Source of the DNA: an uncultured bacterium
Lineage (GTDB): Bacteria; Patescibacteriota; Microgenomatia; Levybacterales; UBA12049
Length of the DNA stretch: 64,000 bases
Direction: 5' to 3'
Assembly: GCA_963826535.1 (NCBI GenBank)
Contig: CAWGXL010000011.1
Coordinates: forward strand, 128,809 to 192,808
The position numbers were made by a program, and so were the translations under genes. The notes under the pieces are model-generated. The model was not told the origin of the DNA. It saw nothing but the letters and a program-made list of their open reading frames with translations, and ran no database searches. Below are positions 19,302 through 29,115 of the stretch, piece by piece; the stretch's first letter is position 1; the number at the start of each line of letters is the position of its first letter.

Positions 19302-19583
19302 TCAGTGAAAACTGTGGTGTTTGCGGTAGAGAAAGTGTTGGACCAGCGTAATTCCCCACATTATAACTCCTGCTGTAAAAGAGATGAGTGGAAGATACGC
19401 GCCTGTTGCGATAAAGAAACCAATTTGAGATATATAAAATCCTAATGCAATTAATATTGTAAGTAGAGGTTGACCGGAGCGTTTTTCACGATAATTTTTG
19501 GCAATTTGAGCAGGAATTCCAACTAACACTAAAGCCAGAGAAAAAACACTGACTAAAATACTTAATAGAAAAACTAAATCCAC
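19302..19583 (-). CDS. small membrane protein
   Basis: 93 aa with three hydrophobic helices. Confidence 0.4.
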   Translation of the reverse strand: MDLVFLLSILVSVFSLALVLVGIPAQIAKNYREKRSGQPLLTILIALGFYISQIGFFIATGAYLPLISFTAGVIMWGITLVQHFLYRKHHSFH

Positions 19584-19802
19584 GACACATATGATTTTAG
19601 CACGTTTTTAAGCGGTTGGGTCATGCAGATCTACATCTTGCTGCATTTTATATTAACTACTTTGACACACCGAAATTTAGAGTGATTGAACATTTCAAAA
19701 TAGATTAAAAATAATTGCTAAGCCGGGTCGAACTGAAGTCGGATGAAATATAAAGTAATTTTACTCTAAAGTCGAATATTATTTGATATAATAACTTTAT
19801 AT

Positions 19803-20696
19803 ATGTCCGGAGAAAATACTGAACAAAGTGACGGACCAGAAAAATTACAGATGAATAGACATGAAGGACATATTCAAGTTTCGGGTGGAAAAGTCTGGTA
19901 TGAAAGAATCGGCGAGCAAAAAGGCATTCCTCTTCTAATCGTTCATGGAGGCCCAGGGTATCCGCATGATTATCTAAAGCCGTTAGAAAAACTTGCAAGT
20001 AATCGCGAAGTTATTTTTTACGATCAACTTGGTTGCGGTAATTCAGATAAGCCAACAGATAAATCACTTTGGACTCTTGAGCGGTTTGTAACTGAAACTC
20101 AAGAGGTTATCAAGGGTCTTGAACTAAAAGACTATGATGTTCTAGGCCATTCATGGGGCGCAGGCTTAGGAGCCGAGGTTGCTCTTAACAATCCGCAAGG
20201 ATTAAGGCGTCTAATTCTTGCTGATCCATATCTCAGTAATCCCTTAATGGAAAAAGACCTAAAAAAACTTCGCGGACAACTACCGCAAGATATGCAAACG
20301 GCTCTTAAAACAGACAGTCCTGAATCAGATGCTTATAAGTTAGCCTTGAACGAATTTTACAAACGGTATTTCTGGGGACAGGACAATATTCCATCATATG
20401 CACTAGACGCAGATCGGAAATTCAACAGGGAAATATTTAATCAAATGGTGGGCCCCGATGAATTTAATGCCAGCGGCAATCTTAAAAACTTTGACTTAAC
20501 CAAGAGACTGCGGGAAATAAATATTCCTGTTCTTTTCCAATGCGGCCGATTTGATGAAGCGACGCCGGAAACTACTTCATATTTTCAAAGTTTGATTCCA
20601 AATGCCCAAATAGAAATTTTCGAACAAAGCGCGCACAACCCCCACGTGACCGAAACTGAGAAATACCTGCGAACTGTTGAAATCTTTTTACGATGA
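19803..20696 (+). CDS. pip: proline iminopeptidase (alpha/beta-hydrolase, S33)
   Basis: 'VHGGPGYPHDY' and nucleophile elbow 'GHSWGAGL'. Confidence 0.8.
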   Translation: MSGENTEQSDGPEKLQMNRHEGHIQVSGGKVWYERIGEQKGIPLLIVHGGPGYPHDYLKPLEKLASNREVIFYDQLGCGNSDKPTDKSLWTLERFVTETQEVIKGLELKDYDVLGHSWGAGLGAEVALNNPQGLRRLILADPYLSNPLMEKDLKKLRGQLPQDMQTALKTDSPESDAYKLALNEFYKRYFWGQDNIPSYALDADRKFNREIFNQMVGPDEFNASGNLKNFDLTKRLREINIPVLFQCGRFDEATPETTSYFQSLIPNAQIEIFEQSAHNPHVTETEKYLRTVEIFLR

Positions 20697-21032
20697 AATA
20701 ATCCTTGTATATTAGCAGTCGATTTTGTAATAGCCAAACCGATTTTAATGCTGGATTGGTATTGACATATCTTCCAATCTCTGGGAAGCTTAGAGTAGTG
20801 AATAATCCAGATATAACGCCGGTGAATAAAAAGCAGGAAAGAGTAGATGAGCTTGATGTCATCGGTGGAGTATTTGTAACTTTGCTCCGGAATACTATCA
20901 ATCGAATAAAACAACGTTTTCAACCACGTAAACAAGAATAAGTTTTGAGTGAAGTATAAATTTATTCGACCGCATGAGTAACCCTTGGTTTGAATAAGCA
21001 AAGGATGAAGCAAAATAAGCTAAAACTTCAGA

Positions 21033-21105
21033 CCTGCGCCTGACATTTGTACGGTCAAGTAGTCGACGGTGGATTGTTGGGTCGCTATATATTTATTGTA
21101 ACATT
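21033..21105. repeat. degenerate partial copy of the tfoX 5' end and upstream region (direct repeat with 24757-24828)
   Basis: About 85% identity over 72 bp to 24757-24828. Start codon mutated (ATG to ATA on the minus strand); retains only the 'ATQQSTVDYLTVQMSGAG' remnant. Confidence 0.55.
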
Positions 21106-21166
21106 CTTGATTCTTACAGAATTATGATTTACTTTGTTTAATTTTTTGCTATAATAAATTTTAGAT

Positions 21167-21550
21167 ATGTTCAAAGCTTCTAAGGCGTTCAGTAGTTTTT
21201 CAACAAATGACCTTTCAAAGTCTAAGGAATTTTATGGCAAGATCCTTGGTCTAAAGGTCGTAGAATTCAAAGCAATGGGTATTTTGAACTTAAGCCTAGC
21301 CGGAGGAGGAAAAGTGATGATTTATCCGAAGGACAATCATATCCCGGCGAGCTTTACGGTTCTTAACTTTCCTGTTAATAATATCGTTCAAGCAGTGGAC
21401 GCATTGACAAAGAAAGGTGTGAAATTTGAACAGTATACGGGCGAGATTAAAACCGATAAAAAGGGGATATCTCGAGGCGAAGGAGTAAGTATGGCTTGGT
21501 TTAAAGACCCGGCAGGAAATATACTCTCTGTACTAGAAGAAAAGGAATAA
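21167..21550 (+). CDS. VOC/glyoxalase-like domain protein
   Basis: '[21 protein letters not shown]' and '[16 protein letters not shown]', typical of the glyoxalase fold. Confidence 0.6.
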   Translation: MFKASKAFSSFSTNDLSKSKEFYGKILGLKVVEFKAMGILNLSLAGGGKVMIYPKDNHIPASFTVLNFPVNNIVQAVDALTKKGVKFEQYTGEIKTDKKGISRGEGVSMAWFKDPAGNILSVLEEKE

Positions 21551-21629
21551 CCGTTCCTTCCTACCTTCAATCCGCACTTATTGCATACCCTCTTGACACT
21601 AACGTTACGTCATAGTTTATAATCCTCTT

Positions 21630-22388
21630 ATGACTTACACAGTGAATCAACTCGCAAAGCTTGCCGGAATCAGCGTCCGGACACTACATTATTATGATGA
21701 GATCGGACTTCTTAAACCGTCGTTTGCCAAAGCTAACGGTTATCGTTGTTATGGAGAGAAACAACTCGTAAAGTTACAGCAAATTCTTTTCTTCAGAGAA
21801 TTAGAATTCCCGCTCGAAAAGATTAAGCAAATTATGCAGTCCCCCCGTTTTGATTCGGTTGCGGCTCTTGCAGATCAGCAGAAACTTCTAGAGCTTAAGC
21901 AGAAAAAAATTGAAAGATTAATTAAAACAATTACTAAAACAATTCAGTCATTGAAAGGAGGTGGGTATATGAACAACGATGATAAATATTCCGCATTTAA
22001 TGATCCAACGTATCAAAAATACAAAGAGGAAGTGGAACAGCGGTGGGGGAACACTGAGGCATATAAGCAATCAATAGAAAGAGTCGGGAAAATGTCCAAA
22101 GTTGAACTTGATCGGGTCAAAGCTGAAGCTGAAGAAATTACACAATCTACAGCTACACTGCAGATCCAAGGATTTTCTCCGACCAGTCCTGAAGTACAGA
22201 AACAGATAAACCGTTTTTACCGTCATCTCCATAACTTCTATGATCCCAGTTATGAAATGTTCAAAGGGCTTGGACAAATGTATGTGGATGACCCACGGTT
22301 TACAGCAGTATATGAGAAACATGCAAAGGGATTTGCTAAGTATATGCGTGATGCGATGGCTTTTTATGCAGATGAGCATGATAAATAA
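21630..22388 (+). CDS. MerR-family transcriptional regulator with TipAS-like C-terminal domain
   Basis: 'YTVNQLAKLAGISVRTLHYYDEIGLL' MerR HTH. Long C-terminal domain with 'FNDPTYQKYKEE...RFYRHL' as in TipAS/Mta. Confidence 0.8.
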   Translation: MTYTVNQLAKLAGISVRTLHYYDEIGLLKPSFAKANGYRCYGEKQLVKLQQILFFRELEFPLEKIKQIMQSPRFDSVAALADQQKLLELKQKKIERLIKTITKTIQSLKGGGYMNNDDKYSAFNDPTYQKYKEEVEQRWGNTEAYKQSIERVGKMSKVELDRVKAEAEEITQSTATLQIQGFSPTSPEVQKQINRFYRHLHNFYDPSYEMFKGLGQMYVDDPRFTAVYEKHAKGFAKYMRDAMAFYADEHDK

Positions 22389-22418
22389 GAGACGTGGATG
22401 TGTCAATTGAAGGAGAAA

Positions 22419-23177
22419 TCAAGGTATTCTGCGTTTTGCAATAAAAATCATTTCAGGACTTTCGGCACTTTTAGGCTTGCTGTCCCAGTCTCCATAAATG
22501 TTTTCTACCGAGAAACCTACATCTGTTAATGATTTAATGAGTTCTTTCTGAGTCCAAAACCTCAACTCATTCGTTGACACTATTACTTCTCCAGATTTTG
22601 TGAAAAGATAGTGAATATCGTAACGTACCTTCTCGCCATTAGTATCTAAGAATTTAACCCACCATTCAACTTGTCCTGCTTTCGGATCGTTAAGTTTTTG
22701 GTGCGATTCCTCAGTCGGCCATGTAGCAAATGGTAAAATGAGAGGGTTTCGGCTTTCAAAGGCAATATGACCACCGGGCTTTAGCGCTTTATGGAAAACC
22801 TTGAGCGTTTCTAGCCAATTTTCATCTTCAAGGAAGAACTGAGCTACATGACCAGTCATAATCACAAGGTCAGCTTGTATGTTACCCAGCTGCTGTGTAC
22901 CTCCCTCTATCCATAGCACGTGTTTGCCATCACATCTTTGCCTTGCAAGCTCAAGCATTCGTCCTGATGGATCAACACCAATCATGTGATGACCTTTTTT
23001 GGCCAATGCGCAAGTTAGTAGACCAGAGCCGCAACCGAAATCAATAATTGATGATGCCACTAGTTTTGTTGCAAGTTCTAAATAGAACCCTTCATAGCTT
23101 GCGATTGGATTTATTGTGTCATAGATTGCGACAAGACGTGGATCTGAGAACTCACTGTAGGTTGGTTTTTTATTCAT
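22419..23177 (-). CDS. class I SAM-dependent methyltransferase
   Basis: 'IIDFGCGSGLLTCALAKKGHHMIGVDPS'. Confidence 0.75.
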   Translation of the reverse strand: MNKKPTYSEFSDPRLVAIYDTINPIASYEGFYLELATKLVASSIIDFGCGSGLLTCALAKKGHHMIGVDPSGRMLELARQRCDGKHVLWIEGGTQQLGNIQADLVIMTGHVAQFFLEDENWLETLKVFHKALKPGGHIAFESRNPLILPFATWPTEESHQKLNDPKAGQVEWWVKFLDTNGEKVRYDIHYLFTKSGEVIVSTNELRFWTQKELIKSLTDVGFSVENIYGDWDSKPKSAESPEMIFIAKRRIP

Positions 23178-23238
23178 AGTGCATAACCCTATTGTATCAA
23201 AGTAAAATTTCCAAATTGTAATTTTTTAATTTCCTCAC

Positions 23239-23982
23239 ATGGTCTCACCTGGTATACTTTTGATAATGAGATATCTGCTTATTCTTTTTATCTTATTCGG
23301 AGTTGTAGGATTTATATATAATTCTTATATGAATAATCATTTGAAAACGAATACGCATAAATATAGATATTTTGTTGTTGGAGATTCATATAGTATTGGA
23401 GAAGGTGCGACAAAAGAAGAATCATGGCCGAGTTTGTTAACAAAACATTTACAGGATAGTGGTGTAGATATTGAATTAATTGCAAACCCATCGGTAACGG
23501 GTTGGACAACGCAACAGGCAATTGATAATGAATTACCACTTTACGAATCTTCCGAAGTTACATTTGCCTCGCTTCAAATTGGCGTAAATGACTGGGCGCA
23601 GGGAGTAGATAAGGACACATTCCACAAGAATTTAGTAATACTTCTTGATAGAATGCAAAAAAAGTTACCCGAGAAAAATCTTCTCCTACTGGTAACTATT
23701 CCTGATTTTGGTGTTACACCTACAGGTGAACTCTTTGGTAATGGAGTTGATGTTTCAAAAGGTATTGAGGAATTTAATCAAATTATAAAAGATGAAGCTA
23801 AGACGCGGCAACTTCCTATTGTTGATATTTATCCCGTGTCTAGACAAATGCAAAATAATCCGGATTTAGTTGCTCAGGATGGACTGCACCCATCTGCAAA
23901 AGAATACAAAATATGGGAAAGTTTGATTTATCCGGTTGCGTACAAATTATTAAGTGACGATCAACAAGCTGTTAAGAAGTAA
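23239..23982 (+). CDS. SGNH/GDSL-family hydrolase (N-terminal signal anchor)
   Basis: 'YFVVGDSYSIGEG' (GDS block I) and C-terminal 'DGLHP' block V. Confidence 0.75.
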   Translation: MVSPGILLIMRYLLILFILFGVVGFIYNSYMNNHLKTNTHKYRYFVVGDSYSIGEGATKEESWPSLLTKHLQDSGVDIELIANPSVTGWTTQQAIDNELPLYESSEVTFASLQIGVNDWAQGVDKDTFHKNLVILLDRMQKKLPEKNLLLLVTIPDFGVTPTGELFGNGVDVSKGIEEFNQIIKDEAKTRQLPIVDIYPVSRQMQNNPDLVAQDGLHPSAKEYKIWESLIYPVAYKLLSDDQQAVKK

Positions 23983-24023
23983 TGAGTGTAAAGCAACTCC
24001 AACCTTTGATATAATTTTAACTA

Positions 24024-24461
24024 ATGAGTGATTACGACCCAAATTATATTCCTCATAAAACATATGCATTAATTGGTCAAAAAGCTGTTATTCTGAATAA
24101 CCAAAAACAGATATTGGTTTTGCAACGGTCAGATAAATCAGGGGCAGGCGGCAAATGGTCGCTGGCCGGCGGGGCGTTGGAGGATAAAGAAGAACCGTAT
24201 AGTGCAATTAAAAGAGAGATTAAAGAAGAAACCCATCTGGAAGTATCTGAATTGAAACCTTATTATTTACGAACGTATACGACTAAAGATAATGATTTTG
24301 TTTTAATTGTAGCTTATCGTTGTAATACGAACTCGGAAAAGGTAGTTTTAAACTGGGAACATGATAATTATAAATGGTGTACAAGAGATGAAGCGTTGCA
24401 ATTAGAACTTACTGAGGACGGTAGATTTTTTATAGAACATTTTGATAATAATAGCTTCTGA
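24024..24461 (+). CDS. NUDIX hydrolase
   Basis: Nudix box 'GGALEDKEEPYSAIKREIKEETHLEV'. Confidence 0.8.
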   Translation: MSDYDPNYIPHKTYALIGQKAVILNNQKQILVLQRSDKSGAGGKWSLAGGALEDKEEPYSAIKREIKEETHLEVSELKPYYLRTYTTKDNDFVLIVAYRCNTNSEKVVLNWEHDNYKWCTRDEALQLELTEDGRFFIEHFDNNSF

Positions 24462-24491
24462 GCCGAACTAACCGGAGGGTTTTTATCATTT

Positions 24492-24860
24492 CTACTTTTT
24501 CGGTTTTGGTAGTGGGAGTTCTGCGGCGGTTTTGGCGATAAGTTGTGAAAGCAGGTCTCGGTCTTCCCAATAATCACCACTGATATAAAAATAGGGTTTG
24601 GCTCCAGGATAAGGCGGAGTTTCTTCTACGGAGCCGATTATATCTCTACCGGCTTTGGTTGGTTTGACGAAAAGCATCTCATCACAAACCAGAGCGACAA
24701 CTTTGTCATTGCAATAGATTGCGTATTCGCCAAACATCTTCCGAGATCTGATAACTCCTGCTCCTGACATCTGTTCGGTCAAATAATCGACCGTGGATTG
24801 TTTGGTTGCCATATTTTTAGTGTAACATAAACGATTTCTTCGATTTTTTTCGGAATTCAT
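24492..24860 (-). CDS. tfoX: TfoX/Sxy N-terminal-domain protein (true start probably ATG at 24812)
   Basis: 'MFGEYAIYCNDKVVALVCDEMLFVKP' matches the TfoX_N domain. The conserved upstream block at 24813-24828 suggests translation starts at 'MATKQSTV'. Confidence 0.65.
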   Translation of the reverse strand: MNSEKNRRNRLCYTKNMATKQSTVDYLTEQMSGAGVIRSRKMFGEYAIYCNDKVVALVCDEMLFVKPTKAGRDIIGSVEETPPYPGAKPYFYISGDYWEDRDLLSQLIAKTAAELPLPKPKK

Positions 24861-24989
24861 AATCTATGATATATTTTGTCCTACTTGACCTCGAATAGTT
24901 TTCTGACTATTATTTAATTATCCTAAAGTCTATTATAAATCTACTTTTTTAGGTTTAGGAGAATATTTGGGAGGGGGTGAGTTTCAGAA

Positions 24990-25229
24990 ATGAATAAGAG
25001 TACTACAATTAAGTCCTCACATGTGAGATTCGGCAAAAGAACGTACTTTTTTGATGTGAATGTTACTTCGAAAGATATAAAGTATCTCAAGATAACAGAA
25101 TCAAAATTTGTTGAAGAAGGAAAACCTAGAATATACAATTCCTTCATTCTTTTTCCGGAAAACGTGGCAGACTTCCAGAAAAATCTTTCCGAGATTGTCC
25201 AGCATCTGGAGTTATCCAAAAATATCTAG
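24990..25229 (+). CDS. PUR-alpha-like small nucleic-acid-binding protein (DUF3276-like)
   Basis: 'KSSHVRFGKRTYFFDVNVTSKDIKYLKITESK' resembles bacterial Pur-alpha repeat proteins. Strong SD GGAGGGGGTGA 8 nt upstream. Confidence 0.5.
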   Translation: MNKSTTIKSSHVRFGKRTYFFDVNVTSKDIKYLKITESKFVEEGKPRIYNSFILFPENVADFQKNLSEIVQHLELSKNI

Positions 25230-25300
25230 GGATTAGGATTGTTCTTTAGACACGTACCGGAACGACTCGTGCTTAATGCAAGGAGGTGTAAAGGGTAAAT

Positions 25301-28300
25301 TTAAATAGCGGGTGGGGTCTCTGCTGGTTGTTCTGTTGGTTGTATAATTTCGGCTTCTTTTACTTCTTCCGTATCGTATCCGGCCACAGGGATTAAACGG
25401 CCGATAATAACGTTTTCTTTTAAACCCAAGAGTTTGTCTTCCCGTCCTTCGAGAGCTGCTTCGGTGAGTACACGGGTAGTTTCTTGGAAGGATGCGGCTG
25501 ATAGCCATGAGTCAGAGAATAGCGCGGATTTGGTAATCCCAAGAATTACTTGTCGTCCGGTTGCCGGCTCTCCACCTTCGGAGAGTACTTCAGCATTTAT
25601 TTCTTCAAATTTAGCCTTGGTAATAAAGTCTCCAGGAATTAGTGATGTATCGCCGACCATCTCGACAATTATCTTATCCGACATCTTACGAATAATGACT
25701 TCAAAGTGCTTGTCATTAATACCGATTCCCTGAGACTCATAAACTTTTTGGACTTGGGTAATTAGATAACGCTGGACCATAAGCAATCCACTGATCTTGA
25801 GTATTTCTTTTGGATCAAGATTACCTTCAGCTAGCGGTGTGCCGGCTGTTATCTCATCTCCGTCTGAAACTGCAAGTGACGCCGATAGCGGAACGAAGTA
25901 TTCTTGGGATTCAGGCGGCTTAATTAGAGTATTTCTGACTTGAATGCGATGGCCTTCGTTCGATGTTTCAATTTTTACTTTGCCTGTGACTTCAGAAATG
26001 CTGGCTAGATTTTTGGGGGTGCGCATTTCAAAAAGCTCCTCAACGCGAGGTAAACCCTGGGTCACGTCAGACATAACTATACCACCATAGTGCTTGACCT
26101 TCATTGTCAACTGTGTTCCTGGCTCTCCAATACTTTGCGCAGCCATAACTCCGACAGGGACACCAAGCTCTACTTTGTGTTTGGTCGATAAATCCCAACC
26201 ATAACAATTAGCGCATAATCCGTAGGCAAGTTTACAAACCAAAGGTGAACGAACAATAACTTCTTCAATTTCGTTTTCTTCTAAAACGACCGCATTTTCT
26301 TCATTTATTTCATCCCCTGCTTTGAGTAAGGTTTTTTTGGTTTTCTTATGATTAACATTGCTTGCTAGAATTCTACCAACTACGCGATCCGCGAGTTTGC
26401 TTGTGCGGTCTTTATCATCCTGACGCACAGTCAATCCCTCAGTTGCACCACAATCGTCAAGTCTAATAATAACTTCATGCGCGACATCAACGAGTCTTCG
26501 AGTGAGATATCCGGCATTTGCAGTCTTAAGAGCCGAATCTGTTAATCCTTTTCTTGAACCACGAGCGGACGCGACATATTCAAATATTGATAATCCTTCC
26601 CGGAAATTTGATTTAATCGGGAGTTCGACAATTTTACCAAGCGGATCAACTATTAATCCACGGATCGCCGAGAGCTGTTTGAGCTGTTCGACACCGGCTC
26701 TGGTTCCTCCTGAATCTATGCTAATTTTGATTGGATTGGAGGATTTTACACTATCCCATGTCAAGCTGGCAATTTCATCCGTTGTCCTAAGCCAGACATC
26801 ATTGGAAAGTCTTTTCTTTTCATTAAGTGTAATCAGCCCTTGCTGGTATTCATCGTCTATTATGGCTACTTTTTTCTCAGCATTCTTCACTAATTCAGCT
26901 TTTTCAGGAATGATTTCATTGTCAAAAACAGAAACGCTGATACCTGAAATTGTCGCCGCAAAGAAACCAAGATTTTTAATCTTATCAATCAATTCTGCGA
27001 CTTGTTCCGATGGGTACATCTTCATGGCCTTGGTGGTTATGCGTTTTATCCTTGATGCATTAATACCTTCGTTAATAAATCCGAAGTCTGAGGGAAGTAA
27101 TTCATTGAACTTCAGTCTGCCGATCGTGGTTTCAATAATTTTTGCCTCTCCATTGGAACCTAAACGGACTTTGATCGGCTCACGTAATTGAACTTTGCCT
27201 AGATCATAAGCAAGTAGGCTATTATTTGTATTGCTAAAGATAGGTTGTTTATTTTCCTCTTTGCGAGCTTGTTCATCAAGACTCGTCATATAATAGATAC
27301 CTAGAGCCATTTCTTTGTTTGGAAGTGTAATCGGATCTCCGTTGGCAGGCTTAAGCAGGTTGTGGGAAGGCATCATGAGATTTATAGCTTCTTCCTGGGC
27401 TTTTCTAGACAATGGGATATGAACAGCCATTTGATCTCCGTCAAAGTCCGCATTGTAACCTGCACAAACACAAGGATGAAGTTGAATCGCTGAGCCTTCT
27501 ATTAAAACCGGGAAGAACGCCTGAATGCCCAACTTATGCAAGGTTGGTGCCCGATTAAGAAGAACAGGATGTTCCTTCGTGATTTCTTCCAGTATATCGA
27601 ATACTTCCGGCGGGCGTTTTTTTATGTAGCGTTTAGCTGATTTAATGTTTGTCGCAAGACCCCGTACGATGACTTCCCTAAGAATAAAAGGCTTGAACAT
27701 CTCGAGCGCCATTTCCTTGGGTAATCCGCATTGAGAAAGCTTGAGTTCCGGACCTACAACGATAACTGAACGACCAGAATAATCTACTCGCTTTCCAAGA
27801 AGATTTTGACGGAACCGTCCCTGCTTACCACGCAACATATCGGATAACGAACGCAGCATGGTTGCCGTGGTCTGGTTGCTTCTTTGTGAAGAATCTATTA
27901 GGGAATCAACTGATTCCTGTAACATTCTTTTTTCATTACGGAGAATAATTTCCGGAGCGCCGAGCGCCAGTAGATGTTTCAATCTGTTATTTCGATTAAT
28001 TACTCTTCTATATAAGTCGTTCAGATCCGAAGTCGCAAATCGTCCACCGGATAGCTGTACCATGGGTCGAAGGTCTGAAGGAATAACGGGAAGAACAGTC
28101 AACACCATGGCTGAAGGGTTTACACCGGTTTTGCGCAATGATTCAATAAGCCTGAGCCGTTTTACAATCTTTAAATACCGCTGGCCGCCGGCTTTTTCAG
28201 CATCAGTCCGAAGACTCGCAATAAGTGTCGACAAATCAAGGCTGGTGATTATTTCGAGCAGAGCCTCTGAACCGGTTTTGATTGTAAAAAAGATTGGAAT

Positions 28301-29101
28301 ATCATATTCCAGGAGTTTGAAATATTCGTCTTCAGATAAAACGCTCCCGGCTCTCAGGCTTTTTAGTAATTTTGTAAATGTTTCTGATATCTCATCAATT
28401 TTTTGGGATTCCGAATCGATCGTGTCACCGGTATGCATTAATTTTTGTCTTTTTGTCAGCTCTACTTCCTCATGAATCAATTGTTTTTGAACCCCTGCGA
28501 CTTTGGTGGATTTTAATTCTTTTTTCTTCCCCTCTGCTTCTTTATTGATCCGTTCTTCTTCTGCCTGTTTCTTTTTTTGTAAGATATCTTTTCTTTTCAT
28601 TATGCTTGCAGTAAATAGCTCAAGGGCATCCTTCTTTTTATCTTCGTCAATTTTTGTGATTAAATAGGATGAATAATAAATGATTGATTCGAGATTTTTT
28701 TGAGGAATATCCAGCAATAGCGACATTGTTGAAGACGCCCCTTTAAAATACCAAACATGCGCAACCGGAGATGCAAGCGTTATATGCCCAAGTCGCTCGC
28801 GTCTAACGCGGGAAAGTGTTACTTCGACACCACATTTATCGCATATTATACCTCTGTATCTGATTCTTTTGTATTTGCCGCAGTAACATTCCCAATCTTT
28901 GGTGGGTCCAAAAATTCTTTCATCAAATAAGCCGTCTTTTTCCGGACGAAGTGTGCGGTAATTTATTGTTTCAGGCTTGGTGACTTCTCCATATGACCAC
29001 AGGAGAACATCCTCGCTTTTGGCTAATAAAAGCTTTAGCGACTTGAAGTCGGAAATATTGAGATCCTTAGTTAAATTTTTATTAAAGTTTCTATTATTCA
29101 T
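25301..29101 (-). CDS. rpoC: DNA-directed RNA polymerase subunit beta-prime
   Basis: Zinc-binding 'CGKYKRIRYRGIICDKCGVEV', catalytic 'NADFDGDQMAVH', and bridge-helix/trigger-loop blocks. Lys-rich insertion near residue 190. Confidence 0.95.
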   Translation of the reverse strand: MNNRNFNKNLTKDLNISDFKSLKLLLAKSEDVLLWSYGEVTKPETINYRTLRPEKDGLFDERIFGPTKDWECYCGKYKRIRYRGIICDKCGVEVTLSRVRRERLGHITLASPVAHVWYFKGASSTMSLLLDIPQKNLESIIYYSSYLITKIDEDKKKDALELFTASIMKRKDILQKKKQAEEERINKEAEGKKKELKSTKVAGVQKQLIHEEVELTKRQKLMHTGDTIDSESQKIDEISETFTKLLKSLRAGSVLSEDEYFKLLEYDIPIFFTIKTGSEALLEIITSLDLSTLIASLRTDAEKAGGQRYLKIVKRLRLIESLRKTGVNPSAMVLTVLPVIPSDLRPMVQLSGGRFATSDLNDLYRRVINRNNRLKHLLALGAPEIILRNEKRMLQESVDSLIDSSQRSNQTTATMLRSLSDMLRGKQGRFRQNLLGKRVDYSGRSVIVVGPELKLSQCGLPKEMALEMFKPFILREVIVRGLATNIKSAKRYIKKRPPEVFDILEEITKEHPVLLNRAPTLHKLGIQAFFPVLIEGSAIQLHPCVCAGYNADFDGDQMAVHIPLSRKAQEEAINLMMPSHNLLKPANGDPITLPNKEMALGIYYMTSLDEQARKEENKQPIFSNTNNSLLAYDLGKVQLREPIKVRLGSNGEAKIIETTIGRLKFNELLPSDFGFINEGINASRIKRITTKAMKMYPSEQVAELIDKIKNLGFFAATISGISVSVFDNEIIPEKAELVKNAEKKVAIIDDEYQQGLITLNEKKRLSNDVWLRTTDEIASLTWDSVKSSNPIKISIDSGGTRAGVEQLKQLSAIRGLIVDPLGKIVELPIKSNFREGLSIFEYVASARGSRKGLTDSALKTANAGYLTRRLVDVAHEVIIRLDDCGATEGLTVRQDDKDRTSKLADRVVGRILASNVNHKKTKKTLLKAGDEINEENAVVLEENEIEEVIVRSPLVCKLAYGLCANCYGWDLSTKHKVELGVPVGVMAAQSIGEPGTQLTMKVKHYGGIVMSDVTQGLPRVEELFEMRTPKNLASISEVTGKVKIETSNEGHRIQVRNTLIKPPESQEYFVPLSASLAVSDGDEITAGTPLAEGNLDPKEILKISGLLMVQRYLITQVQKVYESQGIGINDKHFEVIIRKMSDKIIVEMVGDTSLIPGDFITKAKFEEINAEVLSEGGEPATGRQVILGITKSALFSDSWLSAASFQETTRVLTEAALEGREDKLLGLKENVIIGRLIPVAGYDTEEVKEAEIIQPTEQPAETPPAI

Positions 29102-29115
29102 TAAACTGTTTCTCC

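Noticed and set aside
19705-19998. 97-aa minus-strand ORF
   Set aside because: Overlaps the promoter and N-terminus of the well-supported proline iminopeptidase gene on the opposite strand.
20572-21013. Two overlapping minus-strand ORFs (109 and 142 aa) and a 78-aa plus ORF in the 20.7-21.2 kb gap
   Set aside because: Overlap the 3' end of pip and the decayed tfoX-duplicate region. No motifs; the region is better explained as non-coding remnant.
25233-25508. Arg-rich 91-aa ORF overlapping the 3' end of rpoC on the same strand
   Set aside because: Lies in an alternative frame of the well-supported rpoC C-terminus. Composition is a low-complexity artefact.
26502-28475. Several 200+ aa ORFs on the plus strand inside rpoC (26502-27191, 27858-28475); similar ORFs inside rpoB (29806-30404, 31223-31990)
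   Set aside because: Antisense to highly conserved RNAP subunits. Ser/Leu-rich composition is typical of antisense frames of AT-rich genes.
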